Positions 35,645 to 48,200 of a DNA stretch of 64,000 nucleotides are shown here, in pieces. The translations under genes were made by a program, and so were the position numbers. Position 1 is the stretch's first letter; every line of letters starts with the position of its first letter. The notes beneath the pieces were generated by a model. The model saw only the letters and a list, made by a program, of their open reading frames with translations. It was not told the DNA's origin and ran no database searches. Location of the stretch: positions 1 to 64,000 of the IMG/VR virus record IMGVR_UViG_3300034104_005687; one strand, 5' to 3'.

Positions 35645-36610
35645 TTAAGCAGTTGTGGCAGCTACAGTTGGTGTGCCCCAGCTTGCAGTCAGGTACGTGG
35701 TGCTGGGAGGGAAGTAGGTGCAGATTGTGGTAGGTGCTGTGCCAGCCGTTGCGCCTGAACTTGCTGTACCGCCAGAAATTGGATCACCGTCACTGGCTGA
35801 CCAAAGTGTAGTAAATGTCAGTATAGTCGATGCTGCATTTAGGGCCACCTGAACACGAATAAAGTTGTTGGTGTAAGGTGCTGTGTCAGCTGCTTGTTGA
35901 TAGATTGTTGTGGCAGCAGCGCCTGCTGTTAAATCATAAAAACCAGTAGTAGTGGCCAATGTTGTGGGAGTACCTGTGCCGCCAATTTTTGTGGTGCCAG
36001 TGTATGCTGCACCAGCAATGGTTTGGCTAAAGGCGCCTCCGGTGAAAAAGATATCTCCGCACAAAGTATTGGCTAGGTCGTTCCATTCTGGGTCGCCAGT
36101 CTGACCTGTGGCAGTTTTGCTGAAATCCAATTTGATGCGGCCGCCTGCATTGAAGAAATATCGTGCCGCAGCAGCACTGGCAAACGTCACAGTGTTAGTA
36201 AATGTAATAGTCCAGGTTGCACCCGATGTGGCTGCTGTTTTGCTGTTGGTACCAGTCCATGCTGTGTATTGACTGCCGCTGGCTGCTGCGTTGCCACGGT
36301 TGTTGTAGCAGTTGGTAATGTCTGTGTTGACTGCTGCCAATACTGCAATAAGTGTGCCAGCAGTGGGTGCAGTTCTTGCTGTGATTGTGGTACCTTGATG
36401 ATTGGCCATAGAAGCAACAGTGTTGACCAAACTAGCCCATTGTGCTGCGGTAACTGTGCCTGCTGCACTCACAGTGGTCAAGTCAGTTTGACCGTACCCT
36501 GCTGATGTAACACCTGTTCCCCAGGTAGCGTTGATGTTGGCTCCTGCCGTGGTGCTAACAAACCCGTTGTAGTCCGTAGCTTGAATTAAACCGCCTACTG
36601 AATATGCCAT
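35645..36610 (-). CDS. Virion structural protein (tail-fibre/baseplate-associated, Thr/Ala/Gly-rich)
   Basis: Low-complexity beta-rich composition; RYFFNAGGRIK motif; lies in the structural operon. Confidence 0.65.
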   Translation of the reverse strand: MAYSVGGLIQATDYNGFVSTTAGANINATWGTGVTSAGYGQTDLTTVSAAGTVTAAQWASLVNTVASMANHQGTTITARTAPTAGTLIAVLAAVNTDITNCYNNRGNAAASGSQYTAWTGTNSKTAATSGATWTITFTNTVTFASAAAARYFFNAGGRIKLDFSKTATGQTGDPEWNDLANTLCGDIFFTGGAFSQTIAGAAYTGTTKIGGTGTPTTLATTTGFYDLTAGAAATTIYQQAADTAPYTNNFIRVQVALNAASTILTFTTLWSASDGDPISGGTASSGATAGTAPTTICTYFPPSTTYLTASWGTPTVAATTA

Positions 36611-36623
36611 TCTTTTGTCCTAA

Positions 36624-38408
36624 TTATTTGATCGTAACAATAGCTTCTATTGTACCTTGATCGGGATCCAGTTTGTCAACCAGTGCTCGTCCAATCACGT
36701 TGAATGCTGTTGCTTCTCCTGCTTGAGCTGATCTAGCAACACCGTTGCCAGCACTGACCAATCTGTCGCCTTTGCGTACAGACCCGATTACTTGAACAGG
36801 TACTCGACCAGTCATGGCCACCGCAGGGTGAGTGATGTCATCACCGGCACCTCCGTTCATGGTGTATGCAGGCCGTGTACTTATGACACCGAACACTGTT
36901 TCAGTGAGATCGTTTTTGGCTCTAGTAATTTCTTTGGAGCCACCTAGTTCAACCACTGTGCCTGGAGCCAACAGTTCGTCAGCTTCAAATCGTTCTGCAA
37001 CGTCAGCGTACAGTGCTGTGGTAGCTGTGGCAAACACGCGGTTAAAGTAGTTAGAGCTTGAACCAATGTTGCCCACAGCATTGGCTCCTGTTTTTTCAAT
37101 GGCCGCCACACTGACGTTGCCAGAAAAGAATGTGGTACCAGTAGTAAAAACAACCACGTTGCTGGTGCCTCCAATTGTGACGTTGGCATTGCCTCCGCTG
37201 GCGCCAATTTGCACTGAACTGGTACCGTTTTGAATCTGAGTCACGCTGACCGCAGCACTGAGTCCAGTGAGCTGACTGCCGTTACCAATAAAGAAAGATC
37301 CAGAGGTGATGTTGCCAGCAGCACTGATTGTGGTGCCTGCAGTAATCACGTTGCTGGTGCTGATGTTGTTGCCTGTGACGTTGCCTGTGGCACTGACTGT
37401 GGCACCTGTGACCAATGCTGCACCGTTGATGTTGCCACCGTTGATGTTGCCTGTGGCACTGACCAAGCCTGCAGTGTTGATGTTGGCACCTGAGGCGTTG
37501 CCAGTGACTACCAATGTGGTACCCACTGTAGCAGCGTTGGACACAGCAAATACGCCTGTGCCTAATGCACTGGCCACGTTGAAAATAGTGCCGCCCACAT
37601 TGCTTTGAATAACCAAGTTGGCGCCGCTGATTGAACTGCGTACTAGGCCGTCGTTGGTGCTTTGTGTCATGCTGATAGCATTGGTTGCACCAACTGTTAG
37701 GCCTGAATTGTTGAGAACATTGAGTGTGCCGGTAGTGGACGTATTGGCGTTGGTACGCATAAACGACGAACTTGGCAAGCTGTTTAGGTTACTGGCATTG
37801 TTGGCTGTGCCAGCAAAAATAGCACTGTTGGTTGTGGTCAGTGTGATGCCAGGATAAATTATAGGAAAGGTAGATAACAAGCTGGACTGTGGCACAAATT
37901 GCGCACCGTCATATGCAATAGCCACACGGTTGTTGTTGACATAGATACTGGTAATAAACTTGGTAGCACCTACGCTGTCTGCGATAGTTTCAGGAATTGC
38001 ACCTGATGTGCCTTGACTGCTGGAGAATGCTGGCCCAACCACAATAAATGCAGCGCCAGTCCATACTTTCAACTGTGCATTGGTTGTGTCGTACCACAAG
38101 TCGCCTGTGACGTTGGAGGTAGGAGCAGTTGAAGAACTGGTGGCGGCGCTGATTGTTTTGAATATCGTGCCGTTGTATACTTTTAGCAAACTGTTGGTTT
38201 TGTCCCACCAAAGCTGACCAGTCAACGGTGCGCCGGGAGCAGTGGTATTGGATCCACTTTCCAACAAGTGAATGTAGTTTTCGTTGAGAAAATCACCGTA
38301 TCCAGCGTAGTTTTTGCCCACTAGGGTCATTGAGCTGTTGGTATTGATTGTACCATCAGCTATTGTTGCAAAAACCGTACCATCAGTGAGAGTAATTGTA
38401 TATGCCAT
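36624..38408 (-). CDS. Tail fibre-like protein with C-terminal intramolecular-chaperone (peptidase G2-like) domain
   Basis: N-terminal LVGKNYAGYG..NENYIHLLE, GQLWWD/GDLWYD; SATGNxxGGN repeats; C-terminal ALYADVAERF...VFGVIS...VAMTGRVPVQV.GDRLVS. Confidence 0.7.
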   Translation of the reverse strand: MAYTITLTDGTVFATIADGTINTNSSMTLVGKNYAGYGDFLNENYIHLLESGSNTTAPGAPLTGQLWWDKTNSLLKVYNGTIFKTISAATSSSTAPTSNVTGDLWYDTTNAQLKVWTGAAFIVVGPAFSSSQGTSGAIPETIADSVGATKFITSIYVNNNRVAIAYDGAQFVPQSSLLSTFPIIYPGITLTTTNSAIFAGTANNASNLNSLPSSSFMRTNANTSTTGTLNVLNNSGLTVGATNAISMTQSTNDGLVRSSISGANLVIQSNVGGTIFNVASALGTGVFAVSNAATVGTTLVVTGNASGANINTAGLVSATGNINGGNINGAALVTGATVSATGNVTGNNISTSNVITAGTTISAAGNITSGSFFIGNGSQLTGLSAAVSVTQIQNGTSSVQIGASGGNANVTIGGTSNVVVFTTGTTFFSGNVSVAAIEKTGANAVGNIGSSSNYFNRVFATATTALYADVAERFEADELLAPGTVVELGGSKEITRAKNDLTETVFGVISTRPAYTMNGGAGDDITHPAVAMTGRVPVQVIGSVRKGDRLVSAGNGVARSAQAGEATAFNVIGRALVDKLDPDQGTIEAIVTIK

Positions 38409-38434
38409 GTCAGTAACCTGTTCCTATTTCCTTA

Positions 38435-38442
38435 TATTTATA
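38435..38442 (-). promoter_or_regulatory. T4-type late promoter TATAAATA
   Basis: Exact consensus overlapping the upstream stop, followed by AAGGA and the fibre gene. Confidence 0.7.
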
Positions 38443-39043
38443 CAGCATTGATGTTGCTCAATGTCTGAATACGTAACGTGTAATCAATTTGAATCTGTCG
38501 GTTCAAGCTCTTTTGGACCGGGTGAAAAATCACATGCGTGATCAATCGCAAGTTGTCAGCTGAGCCATTCCATGCTTTGAGTCCCAGTTCGTCAAACACA
38601 AATTCGCCGTTGAAATTGGTTGAATTGTCAAACGCCTGCTGTTGTGCAGGCTCGCCGTAGTCCAACAAGCATTGTACCAAAATATCAGTGTACACATTGC
38701 CTGCTGTGTGCAGCACAGTCATTTTGTTGTTGGCAGGATCTGTGTCAGCAGCCGAGTTGTCGTTGACCACTTTTGCATAGGTTTGATTGTACAAGTCAGC
38801 ATTTTGACCCACGGTATTAGGGGGCAAATAGGTAATAACACCTGTGGGGTCCACAGAACTTCCGCCATTGCCAAATGCCATTTCGTAGATGTAGCCTATG
38901 TTACGATCGCTGAGAGTTTGTGCCATGGCAATACTGATGTTTTCGTAGTGAATAGCATTGTGATCGTTGTAGTAAATTTCACCGCTGTCGGGGTCATGAA
39001 TCTTGACATGCCCTGTGATTTTGGCCAATCCTGGAGTGATCAT
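38438..39043 (-). CDS. Conserved structural/hypothetical protein
   Basis: 201 aa; NAIHYENISIA, FDELGL, THVIFHPVQKSLNR motifs; in the structural operon. Confidence 0.75.
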   Translation of the reverse strand: MITPGLAKITGHVKIHDPDSGEIYYNDHNAIHYENISIAMAQTLSDRNIGYIYEMAFGNGGSSVDPTGVITYLPPNTVGQNADLYNQTYAKVVNDNSAADTDPANNKMTVLHTAGNVYTDILVQCLLDYGEPAQQQAFDNSTNFNGEFVFDELGLKAWNGSADNLRLITHVIFHPVQKSLNRQIQIDYTLRIQTLSNINAV

Positions 39044-39186
39044 GCTCGTCCCTCCACAAATACCTGTTTGGTAATTGGATCAAAAATACGCATGTGTGCT
39101 TGCACACTTATGGTACCTTGCTCGTTGGGACGAGATTTTTCTGGCTGAGCAGTTGCGGCTGGCTTTGTTGATTCAGTGTTTGACAT
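39040..39186 (-). CDS. 48-aa protein MSNTESTKPAATAQPEKSRPNEQGTISVQAHMRIFDPITKQVFVEGRA
   Basis: Translated by hand; preceded by GATAAATA; ATGA overlap with the next gene. Confidence 0.7.
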   Translation of the reverse strand: MSNTESTKPAATAQPEKSRPNEQGTISVQAHMRIFDPITKQVFVEGRA

Positions 39187-39193
39187 GGTTCTT

Positions 39194-39201
39194 TATTTAT
39201 C
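39194..39201 (-). promoter_or_regulatory. Late-promoter-like GATAAATA
   Basis: In the 19-nt gap after the giant gene, 7 nt before ATG 39186. Confidence 0.6.
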
Positions 39202-39205
39202 CACA

Positions 39206-42200
39206 TTAATTTCCACACAAAAACCTTGCGGCAATAGTGGTGCTTTCTTGCAGTGCAACCCCGTCAGATGCTGTTGTCACAGTGCCTGTGCCGCTGGCCG
39301 GACCTGTGCAGGTAAACAGCACGCCAGGAGTGTTTTCCAATGAGCCAACTGCAACAAAATTAGTGGTACCCACAAAGTCTATAAAGTAGCTTTCTCCAGC
39401 AATCATTGCAGATGCTGAAATCACAGGACCAGTGTTGTACCAAGATTTGCCACGACGTTGCAGCACAGTGATTTCTACTCCAGCAGGTGGTGCTAACACA
39501 GGATCCACAGGATCGTTGGTTGTGTAAAAATCAATTACCAATTCGCTCAGCGATGCCACAAAGAACGGGTATTGCGATGGTGTTAAGTCTCCAAATTTGT
39601 TTACACCCACTGGGTACTGTCTGACACCGGCTACGTAGACTTCGATCAGATCATTGATGTAGCCAGTGCTGGAGTCTTTGGGATCAATCACATTGATATC
39701 AAAATCAGTTACTCTGAATACTGTAGTGCTGCCGTCAGCCACAAATGTCTGACTAACCACATAATCTTGATATTGTTGTGCCAACAAATTGCCACCGGTG
39801 ATATCATACACTTCGGCATCAACAGCATGGTCAGCAGCAGCAGTGCCAGCTGTGCCACGACGCAGACCTCTGAGTGTGTTCAGTGCTATATCTCGTTCAC
39901 GATACATAATGCGTTCGCCATCTATTGTGACCACACCCAAACGTCCTGCTGGCAAATTGGGTGCAGTCAGTGCTGACGCATTGGCAACATACACTATGTC
40001 TGCAGATGCTGACAATGCCTGTGTTAGCACAGTGGTGGTAGCGTCGGTAATTCGGTAAGTTGCTTGTACACCGCGCATGTCTTGGAAAATACGGAAAGCC
40101 ACAGCTTCTGGCACGACGCTGTCAGTGAACTGAGTGATTACCATGGTATCTGATAGCTCAATAGGGCCAGTGGCCAAAATCAAGTAGTTGTTTTCAACGG
40201 TGAAATCTTGACCTTCAAACAATCTTGTGCCATTGAGTGTGACCCACAATCTTCCAGCAACAACGTTTTCGCGCTGTAACAAGAAGTCGTTTCTGTTGAG
40301 GCCCACGCCCACAGAGTAGTCAAATGTTCCCGGGCCTCCAGTGATCGAACCATCGTCAAATACGGTGCTGTCAAATCCTTCAGACACCACAATACTGGTA
40401 ACCACTGGTCCCACAAATACCTGTGTCAGTATTTCTTGCTGAGCAGTATCGTTCCAGGTAGTTACTGCAATTACATCACCTAGGGTAGGATTAAAAGACA
40501 ACTGCAATGTGCTGTCTGCTACGTTATAGGCTGCCAAAGTAGTGACCACAATCAGTATTACATCGTCGGGAGTAGGAGCAGTGTTGAACACCACTTGACG
40601 TCCAGGCGTATTGCTGCCAGTCCAGTTGGTAACACTGTAAGAGCCAACAATGGCACCCACACTCTGCACCTGCAGTTCGTTGTTGACCCAAACTTGAACA
40701 TCAGTTGGTGCATTGATTGAGCTTTGAACAAAACTTTCTCCCAGTCGTTGTGGCAATCCAAAGCTGGTAGAACTTCCGTCGCCGTGCCATTCAATACCAG
40801 CAGGTGGATTCAATCTCAGACCGTTGCGTGTCACAATCATGTTGACTGTGTTGGTGCCTTGCAGGCTGTTGTCCAGGGTAATAGTGCCGGTGTCAATAAT
40901 GTTTTGATCAACAAAAATGTACTGTCGTTGTGGTGTACTCCAGCTGTAGTTGTTGGGGGTTGTGGTACCAAATACCACAATAGCTACGCCATCAGTAGCA
41001 AGTGGTTCTGTGGCCAAGGTCACTTGACTCAACAGTGTAGGCACAAAACTTTCCCAGTACGCAGTATCAGTGATTGCAATACCAATTGGTACCGCTTGCA
41101 CAGCTCGATAGTATGTGCCTGCAGAGTTTACCACGGTGTTTAGAGTGTATGTGCCAGTAATGCTCCAGGCTGCGGACTCAATGTAAGGAATCCATGTTGG
41201 TGTACCCGAAATTTCACCGTTGACAAATACTGCAACAGCAGTGATTTCGCTGGTGTTGACTGGCACAATCACAATACTGTCATTGATTTGGTCGCCAACA
41301 TAATTCACACGGTACAACTGACTGCCGCCACCTAGTTCATACACTGCAATGTTTACAATATCGCCGTTGTCAAATCCAGCGTTGGGAATTATGTCAATGT
41401 TGCGATCGTCCCAATTGACAAAATAGTCAACATCCAGAACTGCATCACGGCCAGTGGTTTGGTTGCTGACCAGAACCTGTACAGGGTGATCAGTTTGGTC
41501 AGCCCAGCTTAGTCTGAAATCAGTGACTGCATTGTACACATAGTTTACTGTGCTAATTTCAAATCCGTGACCATTGGACTGCCAGTCAGACCCTGGACGA
41601 GTGTAGATACGCATGTCCAGTGTGTCAAATTCGCTGCCGTTGACCAGTTCTTCAGGTGCATGGCCTTCGTAAGGGCCAATAAATTCGCCGCCGTCAACAT
41701 TGACGTCAATAGGACGAGTTCCCAAGGCAGCATCATCAAATGTGCTTTGATAATCAGCATCAACTATGGCATTGCCGCCAAAATAGTCGCCCCATACTTG
41801 AACACCAGGATATTCAATTCCGTCTATCAGCAACGGTAGTTCTAGGCCAGGAGAGTTGATACCAGCAACATAATATCCCATGGTACGATCTACACCGCTG
41901 AGGTCTTTTGCTGCCACTGGTTGCCAGTTGTCTAGATCAAAAGTTGGATCCGACACCGCAGTGCTGTCTGGGCTTGCGGCACGCCATACACGATTGTCAT
42001 ATCTAACCAAGGTACCGTCTAGATATGTGGCACCGGGTATCCAAGTTTGAACTTGGGTCTGATACTGATACCGGTCATACTTGATTGTGGTTTTGAACGA
42101 GCGTACCAAATTGTAGTCGTTGACAGTGTTTGATATTGTTGGTGTGTTGTACAGCTGGCCTCTTCCTGACCCGCTCAACACTGCGTATGCACGAGCACTG

Positions 42201-45200
42201 ACTCCGTTGCCACCAAAGAATGTTATTGTAGGTTGCGATCTGTAGCCTGATCCAGACGAAGTCAGGTTGATTGCAACCACGCGGCCTGCACTGTTGATCA
42301 CTGCTGCTGCGGTTGCTGCGATTGCTGCATCGCCGGTGATTGTGACTTCAGGTGCTTCGGTATAGCCCGAGCCGCCATCGACCACTGTGATAGAATCAAT
42401 GCTTACCAAATAGTTGTTGTACCACTGATTGTAAGGAAATTGTGCCCAAATTGTGTCAGTAGCGGCTGCGTCGCTTAGTACATTGCTGACTTGAGCTGCA
42501 CTTTGTGCATAAGGCAACAGTATTGGACTGGTAAACTGCGGAATTTCAAGACTGGTGTTGAAATATGCAGGAACATCAAAATCAGCAATATCGCCTAGGT
42601 AGGTGTCTGAACCAAAATATTTTAAGTTAAACTCTCTGATCTGTACATGATAAGGTTTGACTTCTTGAATGTAATCCAGCACAAATTCTTGATTGTCTCT
42701 GCTGTAATTCTGGAACGGCAACAGTTCACGAAGTTTGTGATCAACATCAACCAAACTGGTCTTGACCAGCCACTCAGGTGCTGCAAATTCGCTCAACACA
42801 AAGTTAAACATCAAAATCAGTGCACGATTGCGCTCAATGGCCAACTCGTCGATCAGCAATTCTTCGTTGATGGCCTGAATAATTTTTCTTGATTCGATGC
42901 TGGGTTCTTGATCGTAATACTGAGCATCGAACACTTCTGAATCAAACCCAAAACGTCCAATTTCGTAGTCCCACACTTCGTTGCTCACACTGATTGTACC
43001 GTCTTCGAGTCCTACTCGTTCCCACCCAAGGTCGGTCAGCAGGTAAATTTCGAATTTTCCTTGAGCGTTGGCAGTTACTTTTACAGAGCTGCCAACAGGA
43101 ACGTCAATGGTGCCAAGGCTGCTAAAAGTAGGAACTTCTGCAATGGGTTTGATGCTGAAATTGTATCCAGGTCTGTACCAGTTGATATAGTCCCAGTAAT
43201 CGGGGGTGTTGAAGTTCTGTACTTTGACCAACACCAGTTCACGAACTCCCAGGTTGTTGCCAGTGGTGGATTCTACTTGATAAATGGTCCAGAGACCTTG
43301 ATTGTCAGCATCAGACAGAACCAAATATCTATAATCCAGTGGTACTGCATAGATATTTTGAAATCCAAGAATTTCAAGGTTAGCCACTTCCATGTTCCAT
43401 TGGCTTGTGCCTGCCAGCGGGATAGGATCAGCACTGTTCAGCAGATTGAAACTTCTGATTTCAGAAATTGGATACTGTGCCAACACGCTGTTGACTTTGT
43501 TGATATAGTTCTGCAATGCTGCAAATCGATCCACAAACATGCTTTGACGAGGACGGAATTGCACACCATAGCGTTCAGCTGGGCTTAGATTTATGTCAGG
43601 AACTTGATTACCAGCGGTGTCAACGCCACACAGGCTGTCTTGAAACTTTCTGTACAATCCATCGCTTAAGAACCCGTCGCTGCGATCCTGCGGAATTAGT
43701 TCGTATTCAACGTGTACATTGTCGTTGGTAAGTTGTCTGTCAAACTCAATATGCAGCACAGTGTCTTGTGCTTCAATTAGAGTTTCGCAGTTGTAGATAG
43801 CAACCGTGTTGGCATCAATTGGCGCAAGATATGCAATACCTGTGGCTCGAGGATTTTCAATGTATCTAGCCACTGTGTCTATGCTCAGCGTTTTGCCTTG
43901 CTGTGTTGCCACTGTGCTGATACCGCGCACCCAGAAATAGTATCTAGTGTCAAACACATTTTGACGGCTTAAAGAAGTATTGACCACAAAACTCAATGTG
44001 TTCAACGGAGTTCCTGGACCAGTATAGTCAGCGGGTGCCACTGTGCTTTCAATCCATTGATAAACATCTACAGTACTGCCAGGGAAGATTTGTCCCCATC
44101 GACGGCTAGCGTACACAATGTCGTCTTGGGCAGGATCAATAAATCTCACGTTGCTGACGTTCCACCACACTTGGCCCACATGAATTGGACCCCATACTGA
44201 TCCGCGATTGTTTTGTGGACCAGCATTGTAGCCTGCTGGGTCAACAGCACCAATGTAATCAATGTTTTGCTGTGCGGCGCCCAGTATTTTGCCTTGCAAG
44301 GGATTGAAAAAATCCAAGAACTCGGTAGTGGCTGAAGTAACTTGATCGTACAAGAACACAGAATTCAACAGTCGGATATCCACAGTAGGTTGTTGAATTC
44401 GCTTGACTGCCCATGTGGGAGAACGAGTTGGATTACTCCAAACATACGCACGTCCAAAGTTTGACAACGACGAGTCTTCAATATCGTCTCCGGGTGCAGA
44501 CATCCACAAGATACCCGAGTTGTAGTTTACAGCAGTCCCAAAATTGTCACCATACACCAACGACGGTATTTCAATCTGAGTACCAAATATAAATTTACCT
44601 GGATTGGTCACAGACGGGGCCGATGACGCCAAATAGTCATAGGTGTAAACAGCACCACTCTGAGGTACGCCACTGAAAAACTCTGTGGCGCCTGCGTCCC
44701 AGTCTGTGGTGTTGTTGTCCCACACAGCAATGATGTATGTGGTACCAGTGGGTGCTCCGACCACCAGTGATGTAGCAGAGTCGTCGATGCTGATGCTGTA
44801 ACCAAACTGTGCAAAGTTTTGTGGATAAGGGCTTTGTATAGCCTGTGTGTACACAAATGTGTCAAACCCAATGTCGTCAAACGCAGTTCCAATACTGCCT
44901 GGCGCAACTTGTAGTTTGTTGCCAACAGGTGCTGCATTTGTGTTGGCAACACTGATTGTTATTTTGCCATCTGAGGTCACAGAGGCTGTGGTGTTGGGCA
45001 CAATGTTGCTAATTGCTGTGGCCAACCCGGCCAAGTTGGCTCCTGCTCCTGCTGGCACAGCAACATCAATGTTGTTGACACGCAGTGTATTGCCTGCAGT
45101 GAGTGTGGGATTGGACACAGTAGATGTGATTGTGCCGTAAACTCTGGCCTGGTTGACTTGTCGTTCAACTATGCCGCCTTTGTAAATTTGCAAACTGCTT

Positions 45201-48200
45201 TGTGGTGCACCCACATACAAGCTACAGTTGTAAGAACAAATATCCACGCTTTGCCCAAAATTTGAAAACTCTTCAATGACGTTTTGTGCAACTTGTTGTA
45301 CCAATGCAAACTGGTTGGTTTCTATCTCAACAATGTCGCCGGCGCTTAGAGGCTGATTCACAATCACACTGTTACCGTCCACTCCAAAAGTAAACGTGTC
45401 TCCAGGATAACTGTAAGTTTCGTTGATCAAAAACTGATTGTTGACCACAACACTTATTGGCTCAACTGGGCTACCTTCTACATCAAACACAATGTCGCTG
45501 CCGCCTTGATAGATAAAGCGTTGAACATTTCTGTCAAAAACGTAGACCAATCCTGCCTGCACTTTGCCAGCAGCAGTCACAGTTGGTGTACCAATCAGTA
45601 CTTGTCTACCGTCTGTGGTGCAACTCACACTGGTTCCAAAGCCAGCATCTGATGCTAGGCCTGCAACTGTCAATGCGCCTACGTACTGCCAGAAACCTTT
45701 GGCTCGCACAACTACCACATCTGCAGAGCCCGGAGCAGTGGTGAATGTAATTCTTTTGGTGGTGCTGTTGAATGTGTAATCAATGTTGGGACGTTGCAGC
45801 ACTGTGTTGATTTCAACACTAAAACTGTCGATTGTGCTGTCTGACAGACTTACTTGATACAAATATGGTGCCAAATCAAACTGAACTGTGCTGCCGTTGG
45901 TTGTCAACTGTAGCAGCGAAATGCGGGTGATTGCAATCAACACATTGTCAGCAGGAGGGGTTGTAAATGTTACTGAAGTAAATCCAACACTGGCTGTTCC
46001 AGTACCAGTACCAGGGCCTGTGGCAGTAAATGTTACTCCCACAGTGTTTGATGCGGCACCAATCAATGTAAAATTAGTTGATCCTACAGACACAATGGTG
46101 TACTGTGTCCCAACAGTGAAGAATCCTGCTGGTACCACTGTGGAGTCCACAGTGTAATCAGTGTTTAACTGCTGGATTGCTCCGTCCAAGGTAACACGTA
46201 ATTGAGTGTCAAACGCAATTCTAATTGCGTTACCAATAGAGAATGTTTCGGTGGCGCCGTTGCCGCGAGCAGTGACTGTTTGATCTTGCCAATCAACTCG
46301 TCCATATGCATACACTCTATTGACTGCAGGCGCACCAACATACATCCAACGCTCGTCTTGGCTCATGGCCACACTGTAGCCAAACTTGCCTTGATCTGCA
46401 CTGACGCTGCCAGGAGTGGTCAATAGTTGCCAGTTGCTGTAAGGGTTAGAACCTGGAGTGTAGGTAGCCTGATCTCGATAGATTACAGCGGCATATCCAT
46501 TGTTGGCTTGGCTAGCAGACCCCAAACTGTAGGGAGCACCAGCAACTGCCCAGTTGGTGCTGCCAAAGTCCACAGAGAATCCATAACCGCGTGCTGCTGG
46601 CACACCTGAGCCTGCGCTGGTTTGTACATCCAGCGTGAGTATAGCATCTGCGTCAGTGACTGGACTCACTGGCTGATAAGTGCTGCTGAAGTCTTTGACA
46701 TACACATACACTGCTCCTCGAGTGTAAGGATTGGTGCCAGTAAGGTAGTTGGGACTGCCAACTATGGCTGCAAACTGATTGGTAGCCTGACTGATTGCTC
46801 GACCGTATTCTTCTCGTGCATCCAAAACCTTTGGAGCCAGTTCAGTGACTTGATCGAATACTACATCTTTTTCTAGCACTTCCCATAGATTGTTGCCATT
46901 GTTGTCTACCCAAACAGTCAAAGTATTGTCTATGGTGTTGGCATAAGGCAAGTCAACTACATCACTGGCCTGTGCCACACGCAAACTTTTGAGCGTGAAT
47001 CCTATACCGTTGCCATTGGCCACTGTGCGGTTGCCCGCAAACTGGAATGCAATGGTTACTTCTGTCAATCCAGGCACAGTCAACACATCGTATACACCGT
47101 CAACTTCGCTGTCAAAGTACTTGATAATCAGTTTGTCGCCCACGGCCAATCCGTGTTGCTGGCTAAACACCACTCGACTGGTAAAATCCAAATTGTCGCA
47201 AACATGACTTATGATGCCTGGCACAGCGTTGCATTGATACACATTCCAATCATAGTTGTTGACTTTGGCCGCCCATATAGTGGCACCGTCAACAACTTTT
47301 TCAATGTTGGCTGCAATGTTGGCAGAGTCATTGATGTCAAACACTGTGATGTCAACGTCGTCTAGGTTCACATAACCTGCACCAGGCAGCCCTATATCAG
47401 TTGGCAATTCAGTAGTGGTTGGCAAATAGTCCGGCGATGTCAGTTTGAAACTCTGTCTCCACACATTACCTAAAAATATCTGTTGATCAGCTATACTGGG
47501 TTCTTGAGGATTTGTAACTTGAATCAAACTTGGGCTGGCACTCAGCAATGCACGGTTCAGTCGTAGCTCTACATAACTGCGATTTGCGTTGGCGCCGTAC
47601 ACTGCACGCTGAACTGCCCAGTTTTCATAAATGTCGTACTCAGCACTTTCCTTGCCCAAGTCAGCCTGTTTGAACAGTTCAGCACTGAGAATGGTTCCTT
47701 TGCTGCCCAAGAATTGACGATACACATTGATCTGGCTGACATCATCAAGGTTCAATGCTGCCATGTATTCACGTGGTCTAAAACCAATCAGTCCATAGCT
47801 AAACAAGTCGTTTTCGGCATCAAGGTTGGCTGTGTTGATGTTGTAGCTGTTTTCCAACTGGTCAGCTTTGTTGGCCAAGTTAGGCAACAGGCCTTGTTCA
47901 ATCTGTTCATACTCGCTTTGCAACCAATCACTGAAATTGAAAATTGCACTGGGTTGAACAATGGTTGCTGCGCTCCAGAATCGATTCTTGTAACGAACAA
48001 TTTCGCCCTTGCTGTAGGTTCTTGCGCCAGTCCATTCTTCCACATTGTCTTGATTGAGAATAAAACCTTGAGCATCTACACTGCCGTTCCAGTCGCTGCT
48101 GTTGGTCATTACCAAGTTGAGGCGGCTCTGGCGAGCTCCGGTGGTCGGGTCATAGATCAAATCACCAAACACACTGACGTTGTCCAACACAATCATGTGC

